DNA of 5,974 nucleotides from a virus. Both the position numbers and the translations under genes were made by a program. The notes beneath the pieces were generated by a model. That model was not told the origin of the DNA. It worked only from the letters and a program-made list of their open reading frames with translations, and made no database searches. The stretch lies in IMG/VR virus record IMGVR_UViG_3300020041_000021, positions 1-5,974 of that record, one strand, 5' to 3'. Of the stretch, positions 1-5,247 are shown in pieces (the stretch's first letter is position 1; every line of letters starts with the position of its first letter).

Positions 1-119
1 ACACCTTTATCTTGCCTCCTCCAACATCGCCGTTATACGCGAAAATTCGTATCTGCTGGCGTTGGTGATTTTCTTGGTTATATGCCTCGCCCTTCTGTTC
101 GTACTTCGTCGTGGTCTTA
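1..119. repeat. Terminal redundancy, copy 1 (identical to 5856-5974). This is an assembly overlap of a circular molecule.
   Basis: Base-by-base comparison shows all 119 nt are identical to the last 119 nt of the window. The repeat lies inside the Rep coding frame. Confidence 0.97.
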
Positions 120-462
120 TTTCGATTTTGAGAAGCGTGTCAATTATAATTACTCGATTCCTCGATATTATTTTAAATACCTCAAATCGGAAGACGAGGT
201 TGCTCGTTCGGTTGCCGCTGCTGATTCTTATGCACGTTTTAGCAAGTCTTCTTTGGTTAAGCGTATTGTGTCTCTGTGCGTTGAGCGGTTCGGCCTCGGT
301 TCCGCCGTATCCCGTAGAGAGACGTACACGTGGGAGCAGAAACAGATGATGCGTTTCTCTGCTTCTTCCCGCAAAATGCCCGATTTCGACCCTCCTACTT
401 GGCTAGATTTTGATATTCTTCAGTTTTGGAGAGACCATTATAAACTTCAACTAAACATTTAA
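1..462 (+). CDS. VP4: Replication initiator protein (VP4 / gene A-like), C-terminal part. It continues the CDS that starts at 5247 across the circular junction.
   Basis: Frame 1 is open from position 1 (TPLSCLLQHRRYTRKF...) to TAA at 460-462, and it is the same frame as 5247..5974 after subtracting 5855. The 126-aa track ORF at 82..462 is only the internal-Met tail of this protein. Confidence 0.9.
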   Translation, partial: TPLSCLLQHRRYTRKFVSAGVGDFLGYMPRPSVRTSSWSYFDFEKRVNYNYSIPRYYFKYLKSEDEVARSVAAADSYARFSKSSLVKRIVSLCVERFGLGSAVSRRETYTWEQKQMMRFSASSRKMPDFDPPTWLDFDILQFWRDHYKLQLNI

Positions 463-465
463 TTT

Positions 466-2280
466 ATGGGAAAACAACCTTTTATCTCTCATGCTGTTAA
501 CGGCTACTCTCGATACGATGTCCCCGAGAGTAAGGCCTTTACGTGTACACCGGGTATCTTGTATCCGGTGCGGATTGATTTTATTAACGCTCGTGACCGT
601 GTGTCTATTGAGCAAGGCATTGATGTTCGTACTAATCCACTCGCCGTCCCGACATTCAATCCTTACACTATTCGACTTCATCGTTTTTATGTGCCGCTTC
701 AGTTGTATCACCCTGAAATGCGAACGAATAGCAGTAAGTTTGATATGAATAGCTTGAGCCTGAACTGGATAGCCACGACTATTGACTCAGGCTCCCCCAT
801 TGGAGAACACGATACCGCGCCTTCCAATAGTCTCTTCGCTTGGTTGCGCTTGAGTAATAAGCGGGTTTTTGGCGACAGCACCGTTCCCGCCGTTGATTCG
901 AGCCTTGTCTCGCTCTCCGCTTCGGCCGTTGATGGCTCTTGGGCTAATGCTGATACTCTTTTGGCTTACTGGGATATCGTTCGTAATTTTTACGGCTATT
1001 CGCAGTGGGGTGTTTTTTCGTACGCTTGGCCAGGCTCTTCGTCCATCCGTTACGATACCCAGATTTCTAAATATACTTCTAAGCTTGAGTCTAGTGGTTC
1101 TTTCTTTTCGCAGGCTTATGGAAATCTTGAATTCCTTGATGCTTACTTTGAGAGTCAATTCTACCCCGCCGCCGTCCCCTCCAGCAATAATACCTATAAT
1201 CGCGGAAACCTGTTTCTTCAAATCGTTAATAGTGACGTTACCTTAAATTCGAGTTCTCTTGGTGCGGCCGGTAATGGTTATCCAGTGGCTGCTCTTGATA
1301 CTCGATTTACAGGTTCGGTCCCTGCCGATTATGTCACAACGGATACTCCTACGGCTGTTAAAAGCATATACTTTTCTGCCTTGGGTATTCAGTATTATCC
1401 GATGGCTGTAGTGCCTTCAAATCCTGACCGTTTTAGCCGTTTGCTTCCGATTGGTTCTGCTGACGCCGTCTCGATGTCTGGTGTCAGCACGATTCCCCAG
1501 TTGGCTATTGCTTCGCGTCTTCAAGAGTACAAGGATTTGCTTGGCGCCGGCGGTAGTCGCTATAGCGATTGGCTCGAAACGTTTTTTGCCTCTAAAATTG
1601 AACACGTCGACCGCCCGAAACTCCTTTTTAGCGCTTCTCAGACCGTCAACGTCCAAGTGGTTATGAATCAGTCTGGCGCTAATAATTTTGCTAACGAGTC
1701 TTACTCCTTGCCTCCTCTCGGACAGCAGGGTGGAGCTATCGCTTTCAACGACCGTTTAGGTCGACGGCAGTCTTATTACTTCCGCGAACCTGGCTACATG
1801 ATTGACATGTTGAGCATTCGTCCCGTTTATTATTGGTCTAACATAACCCCCGACTACCTTTCTTATAGGGGTAGTGATTATTTTAATCCTATTTACAACG
1901 ATATCGGCTACCAAGATGTGCCTACTTTTCGCTTAGCCTCGTCTATACCGCAGGCTAATATGGCCGCTGTTCATGAACCTTGTTTTAATGAATTTAGAGC
2001 TTCCTACGACGAGGTTTTGGGTCAGCTTAATCCCGCGTACGCTGCCGCTGGTGCTACGCCTCTTTATTCTTATTGGGTACAGCAACGCTCTTTTAGTGGA
2101 TTCGGTCTTTCTGCAGGCAATTCTCGCCCCTATTATCCTATGCTGTTTGTCGACATGTCTCAGGTAAATTCGCCGTTTGTTTCTAAAAGTGAGGATAACT
2201 TCTTTGTGAATATGTCTTACGCGGTACAGAAGAAGAGCCTCGTAAACAAATCCTTTGCTACTCGTTTGTCTAATCGTTAA
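466..2280 (+). CDS. VP1: Major capsid protein (Microviridae F / VP1 family), 604 aa
   Basis: This is the largest ORF, and its ATG lies 3 nt after the Rep stop. The N-terminal segments (GILYPVRIDF, RTNPLAVPTFNPYTIRLHRFYVPLQLY) look like the conserved F-protein jelly-roll N-terminus. Size and position next to Rep and the pilot protein fit VP1. Confidence 0.9.
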   Translation: MGKQPFISHAVNGYSRYDVPESKAFTCTPGILYPVRIDFINARDRVSIEQGIDVRTNPLAVPTFNPYTIRLHRFYVPLQLYHPEMRTNSSKFDMNSLSLNWIATTIDSGSPIGEHDTAPSNSLFAWLRLSNKRVFGDSTVPAVDSSLVSLSASAVDGSWANADTLLAYWDIVRNFYGYSQWGVFSYAWPGSSSIRYDTQISKYTSKLESSGSFFSQAYGNLEFLDAYFESQFYPAAVPSSNNTYNRGNLFLQIVNSDVTLNSSSLGAAGNGYPVAALDTRFTGSVPADYVTTDTPTAVKSIYFSALGIQYYPMAVVPSNPDRFSRLLPIGSADAVSMSGVSTIPQLAIASRLQEYKDLLGAGGSRYSDWLETFFASKIEHVDRPKLLFSASQTVNVQVVMNQSGANNFANESYSLPPLGQQGGAIAFNDRLGRRQSYYFREPGYMIDMLSIRPVYYWSNITPDYLSYRGSDYFNPIYNDIGYQDVPTFRLASSIPQANMAAVHEPCFNEFRASYDEVLGQLNPAYAAAGATPLYSYWVQQRSFSGFGLSAGNSRPYYPMLFVDMSQVNSPFVSKSEDNFFVNMSYAVQKKSLVNKSFATRLSNR

Positions 2281-2292
2281 TCTATTAATTTT

Positions 2293-2589
2293 ATGGCGCT
2301 TGATTGGTTACTCGAAGATGCCCCCGCCTACGTTCCCCGCGGTCGGCGCATCCTCTCCGTTCTCGATGGTTCCGGAACCGTCGATGTTTTGCCCGGCCGT
2401 CCGGATGTGAAGGCTGAGCCCTCTGATTTTGACAGAGGTGAAAAGTTCAACCCCGAAATTGATTTTGACCCTAATTCGTTCTCCCGCATGGATAAGTTTG
2501 ACGGTCTCGAGGTTGGTCAGGAATTTATTGATTCAGAGCTGGATAAATTGAAGCCCGCTTCAAAATCCTCTAATTCTGAAGAAAAATAG
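2293..2589 (+). CDS. Acidic 98-aa hypothetical protein, a possible internal scaffolding protein
   Basis: ATG-to-TAG ORF directly downstream of VP1. It is rich in D/E (EIDFDPNSFSRMDKFDGLEVGQEFIDSELDKL). The function is guessed only from its acidity and position. Confidence 0.6.
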   Translation: MALDWLLEDAPAYVPRGRRILSVLDGSGTVDVLPGRPDVKAEPSDFDRGEKFNPEIDFDPNSFSRMDKFDGLEVGQEFIDSELDKLKPASKSSNSEEK

Positions 2590-2620
2590 TACACTCTTTA
2601 CTTGACGATATATGCTACGT

Positions 2621-2700
2621 GCGCGGACCCCTCTGGAAGAGTTCGTGAATTTCTGAGGGTTATTGGTAACGACTGCCGGAGAGGCCGCGCATTTTTCTAT
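2621..2700 (+). terminator. Long imperfect hairpin followed by a T-run, a candidate intrinsic terminator/attenuator or ssDNA structural element
   Basis: The outer stem pairs 2621-2636 with 2676-2690: 13 Watson-Crick pairs, one G-T, one mismatch and one bulged A. The inner stem pairs 2640-2646 with 2669-2674: 6 bp with one bulged T. The apical loop is 22 nt. The GC-rich stem base (GGCCGCGC) is followed immediately by ATTTTTCTAT. Confidence 0.35.
2634..2644 (+). repeat. Intergenic 11-mer TGGAAGAGTTC, copy 1
   Basis: Exact match to 4927-4937 in the other structured intergenic region. Confidence 0.7.
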
Positions 2701-2721
2701 CGTTCTTTAAATTTTATTACC

Positions 2722-2913
2722 ATGTCTGACACTAAACAACCCTTCTATAGGTCAAAAGCTTTTTGGACGCTCATTTCCTCCATTATCGCTGCTTTGGCTG
2801 CCTTTTTCTTGTCGTCATGTTCTGCTCAGGCTAGGGTGCAGCGCAGTGGCGTTCACGTCGATACAGTGCGTGTCGATTACATTATTCGTTCTAATAATTT
2901 AACTCACGTGTAG
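2722..2913 (+). CDS. Small predicted lipoprotein / membrane protein, 63 aa
   Basis: The ATG at 2722 is preferred over the TTG at 2602. The protein has a charged n-region (MSDTKQPFYRSKAF), a hydrophobic core (WTLISSIIAALAAFF) and a lipobox-like L-S-S-C with Cys33 at 2818-2820. The predicted mature peptide is 31 aa. The TAG stop lies 1 nt before the VP2 ATG. Confidence 0.6.
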   Translation: MSDTKQPFYRSKAFWTLISSIIAALAAFFLSSCSAQARVQRSGVHVDTVRVDYIIRSNNLTHV

Positions 2914-2914
2914 T

Positions 2915-4168
2915 ATGGCTGTTCCTGTTGCCTCCGCCGCGTCTTTTGGTCAGTCCCTCGGCCAGGCTGCCGCCTCTACGGGTACTACAGGCTTAATCTC
3001 TGGTGCCCTCGGGCAACTTTTCGGCGGCATGAATGCCCGTCGCCAATGGCGTTATCAACAGAAACAGATGAAGCTTCAGCAGCAGTATGCTCTTGAGCAA
3101 ATGCAGAAGCAATCAGAACTTTCTTACGCTAATTGGCAGAAACAATTTGATTACGAAAACGCCTACAATGACCCTTCAAAGGTCTTCGACCGCTATTTGA
3201 AGGCCGGCGTAACACCCGCCGCTGTTTTAGGCTCTTCGGGCGTCGGCGTTAATGCTACCATGTCCGGCGGCTCTGCCCCTATGCCTTCCGCCTCTGGCCC
3301 TACTGGTGGTTCGCCCGTCGCCCCCGGTGGTTTCGCCGCTGCTGACCCTACTGCTATCGCGCAGAATATGGTCGCGCGTTCTACGGTCGACCGTAATACT
3401 GCTGCTGCTAATCGAGATGATGCAGAAGCTGACCTCATGAGAGGTAATACTCATAGTGCAGACTGGCGAAAGGATATGGACGCGCTGGAGAAGAAATCTT
3501 TAGAGTATAACATCGATAATGCTTCTGAATTGATTCGCCTTAATCGCGCTTTGGCTGACATCCATGCAGCTGATGCTGAATACGCTGACCTTATGGCTAC
3601 ATACAAGTTTCAAGATTTTGTTGCCATGTATTCGAAGCATGTCGAGGAGGCGAGTCAGATTAAGAAATACAATGATAAATATTTCGATTCCGTTTATGCC
3701 GCTCAAATCGCTCGAGATTTTGCTGCTGCTTACGAATCTGCCGCTTCCGGCGATGTCTTAAATGTTGAGTCTGAAGTACGTAAGGTTAATTTAGCTGACC
3801 TTCGTGAATGGTTTTCCCTGAACTGGGATTCTGAGATTGATGTTCCGGAGGTTGACGAGAAAGGTAAGCCTACTGGTAAAACGACAAAGATGACAGGTCG
3901 TCAGATTCATCAGAGGTTAATGGGTCTCGCTGCCTCGGAAGGAGAGCAAAGCCTCTCGGGCCGTTGGTTTCAGAATCGCTCCAGTAAGAATGCTTTTGGC
4001 TATAGTTTGGCTAGAACTGCCTTGGTTGGCGCTATGGCCGTTGCCGGCACGGCCGCGACAAAGCGTCCCGTTTCTGTTGGTTATGATGAAGAGAGGGAAG
4101 CTTACAACAGAGACGGTGAATTTGTTGGAGGCACGAGAGTATCCCGTCGTCATTTGAGGAAAAATTGA
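2915..4168 (+). CDS. VP2: DNA pilot / minor capsid protein (VP2, gene H-like), 417 aa
   Basis: The N-terminus is Gly/Ala-rich and hydrophobic. A Q-rich helical segment follows, then NDPSKVFDRYLKAGVTPAAVLG (aa 85-106), which matches the AGLNP-type motif common in microvirus pilot proteins. A G/S/P-rich linker covers aa 105-146, followed by a long helical charged region. The size and second-largest-ORF status fit VP2. Confidence 0.8.
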   Translation: MAVPVASAASFGQSLGQAAASTGTTGLISGALGQLFGGMNARRQWRYQQKQMKLQQQYALEQMQKQSELSYANWQKQFDYENAYNDPSKVFDRYLKAGVTPAAVLGSSGVGVNATMSGGSAPMPSASGPTGGSPVAPGGFAAADPTAIAQNMVARSTVDRNTAAANRDDAEADLMRGNTHSADWRKDMDALEKKSLEYNIDNASELIRLNRALADIHAADAEYADLMATYKFQDFVAMYSKHVEEASQIKKYNDKYFDSVYAAQIARDFAAAYESAASGDVLNVESEVRKVNLADLREWFSLNWDSEIDVPEVDEKGKPTGKTTKMTGRQIHQRLMGLAASEGEQSLSGRWFQNRSSKNAFGYSLARTALVGAMAVAGTAATKRPVSVGYDEEREAYNRDGEFVGGTRVSRRHLRKN

Positions 4169-4191
4169 ATAGTTTTTTCGACTTTTCAAAC

Positions 4192-4223
4192 TTTACGTTT
4201 ACTCCTTTTTTGTTGTATATTTG
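4192..4223 (+). promoter_or_regulatory. Candidate promoter for the ORFan block
   Basis: TTTACG (4192-4197), an 18-nt spacer and TATATT (4216-4221) resemble a sigma70-type -35/-10 pair. The same region reads TATATTTG (4216-4223), which matches the Bacteroides-type TAnnTTTG -7 element. It lies in the T-rich 81-nt gap after VP2, about 27 nt upstream of the ATG at 4250. Confidence 0.3.
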
Positions 4224-4249
4224 CGCTGTAAACCAATAACCACTTTGTT

Positions 4250-4570
4250 ATGAAAAAGGTAAGTAAAAAATCCCGAATCAATGATTTGATGATTGACGTT
4301 GTTGAGTATGCTTTCACCGAGTGGCTTGTTCGTCAAGGCATATTCACTTCTTTTAAGGTAAACTATGAGAGCACTGTTTCTCCCTATCGGAGCTTCCGCG
4401 ACCGCCTTCGCGCTCATATTCGGCGTTCTCTTTGTAGCCCTGGCTTTGATCCGAGTACCTTAATTTCCTCTGCCTTCTTATTTGCTGCGACACCCGAGGG
4501 TGTTGATTTTTGGGAAAAGCAGTCAGCTGCTTGGGAGCTTTTTTACGTGAGATTACAAACAAGACTTTAA
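4250..4570 (+). CDS. Hypothetical protein, 106 aa (ORFan)
   Basis: ATG-to-TAA ORF on the coding strand that fills the gap between VP2 and the next ORF. It has a basic N-terminus (MKKVSKKSR) and an aromatic C-terminal segment (TPEGVDFWEKQSAAWELFY). I do not recognise a family. Confidence 0.6.
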   Translation: MKKVSKKSRINDLMIDVVEYAFTEWLVRQGIFTSFKVNYESTVSPYRSFRDRLRAHIRRSLCSPGFDPSTLISSAFLFAATPEGVDFWEKQSAAWELFYVRLQTRL

Positions 4571-4581
4571 ATTATATTACT

Positions 4582-4905
4582 ATGACAGAAATTCATGTTG
4601 TTATCCGTCGAATTAACCCGGCCATCAAAATTGACCTTGTCCAGGTAGGGCGTCTCAAAGATTGTCAATTTGAACCCCTTCCTTCTAGTGCTATCGCGAA
4701 TTCTCCTATTTCCTGCTTTTTGAAGAGTTCGAATATCTGCGACTCAGCTTACGTCGACCATTCGGATGTCTCCAACCTCATTGCCGCCTGCGAAGGTCTT
4801 CCTGGTTTTGACATTGAATTTTTCGACAATACGATTATTCTCATTTTTGACTTTGAACTTAACTGCGATGAAATCACGACGAAAGAAAAAGACTCGGGGA
4901 ACTAA
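4582..4905 (+). CDS. Hypothetical acidic protein, 107 aa (ORFan)
   Basis: The ATG at 4582 lies 11 nt after the preceding stop and is preferred over the alternative-start extension at 4510, which would overlap the upstream gene. The protein is net acidic with 5 Cys. I do not recognise a family. Confidence 0.55.
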   Translation: MTEIHVVIRRINPAIKIDLVQVGRLKDCQFEPLPSSAIANSPISCFLKSSNICDSAYVDHSDVSNLIAACEGLPGFDIEFFDNTIILIFDFELNCDEITTKEKDSGN

Positions 4906-4926
4906 AATCGTTACCCGTCCGCTTGG

Positions 4927-4937
4927 TGGAAGAGTTC
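4927..4937 (+). repeat. Intergenic 11-mer TGGAAGAGTTC, copy 2
   Basis: Exact match to 2634-2644. It ends 11 nt upstream of the three-way junction element. Confidence 0.7.
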
Positions 4938-4948
4938 TTTAGTTATTT

Positions 4949-5012
4949 GAACCACAGGGGACAGCCGAAGGCTGTGGCCACCGCGAAGCGGTAAGGTACC
5001 CCCCTGTGGTTC
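4949..5012 (+). other. 64-nt three-way junction (Y-shaped) structure with two GAA-triloop hairpins, a candidate ssDNA origin or recognition element
   Basis: A perfect 12-bp closing stem pairs GAACCACAGGGG (4949-4960) with CCCCTGTGGTTC (5001-5012). Hairpin 1 is ACAGCC-GAA-GGCTGT (4961-4975). Hairpin 2 is ACCGC-GAA-GCGGT (4980-4992) and can be extended by CC/GG pairs across an AA bulge. GCGAAGC sits at 4983-4989. Confidence 0.75.
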
Positions 5013-5043
5013 TTCCGCTTAACCCCTAAATACCCTTTTTTTT

Positions 5044-5247
5044 ATGGATTACTTTGACCCCTTTCGTCCTCGCTTTTCGCCTGTTGTTAACTCTATCCCA
5101 TATCGTTACTCTGTAGGTGCTTATCGCGGCAAGAAGCGCGTGGTTATCGCCTGGTTCTCCGACGAACAGGCCGCTGCGGATTACTGTCGTCGCCTTCGCT
5201 CTGAACGTCCTTATATCAAATTCGATTATGTTCAATCTTTACTGTAG
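5044..5247 (+). CDS. Small basic hypothetical protein, 67 aa
   Basis: ATG-to-TAG ORF immediately upstream of Rep, with its stop overlapping the proposed Rep GTG start (TAGTG). It is net basic. The segment GKKRVVIAWFSDEQAAADY weakly resembles the strand-helix end of AP2-type DNA-binding domains. Confidence 0.55.
   Translation: MDYFDPFRPRFSPVVNSIPYRYSVGAYRGKKRVVIAWFSDEQAAADYCRRLRSERPYIKFDYVQSLL

Noticed and set aside
1-119. The 119-nt terminal direct repeat read as a biological feature such as direct terminal repeats, att sites or an LTR.
   Set aside because: The repeat lies inside the Rep coding sequence, and joining the ends restores one continuous ORF with all the RCR motifs. It is best explained as the overlap left when a circular contig is linearised.
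82-462. The 126-aa track ORF at 82..462 as an independent gene.
   Set aside because: It is the C-terminal tail of Rep. The frame is open upstream all the way to position 1 and is continuous with 5247..5855 across the circular junction.
2602-2630. TTGACG at 2602-2607 as the -35 box of a sigma70 promoter.
   Set aside because: The sequence 17 nt downstream is GGACCC, with no -10-like hexamer at the correct spacing, so there is no complete promoter.
2602-2913. The 103-aa version of the lipoprotein ORF starting at TTG 2602, and likewise the 131-aa version of the 4582 ORF starting at 4510.
   Set aside because: The extensions rely on non-ATG starts. The 2602 extension covers the hairpin-forming noncoding sequence, and the 4510 extension overlaps the upstream gene by 61 nt. 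In-frame ATGs at 2722 and 4582 give compact non-overlapping genes. For 2722, the ATG places the signal peptide at the N-terminus where it can function.
4949-5012. The cloverleaf-like fold read as a possible tRNA or tRNA-like gene.
   Set aside because: It has only two internal hairpins, both with 3-nt loops, and a 12-bp closing stem. There is no 7-nt anticodon loop, no T-loop GTTCRA-type sequence and no D-arm. At 64 nt with this geometry it does not fit a tRNA.
2587-5247. Genome-wide TAG stop-codon reassignment, as in some gut phages. Three of the eight genes end in TAG (2587, 2911, 5245).
   Set aside because: Reading through the TAG at 2911 only runs out of frame over VP2, and a conserved-looking VP2 start follows it immediately. 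The TAG at 5245 is likewise followed immediately by the proposed Rep start. The other genes use TAA or TGA normally. Only the 2587 TAG has an open frame behind it, and that is reported as a separate low-confidence finding.
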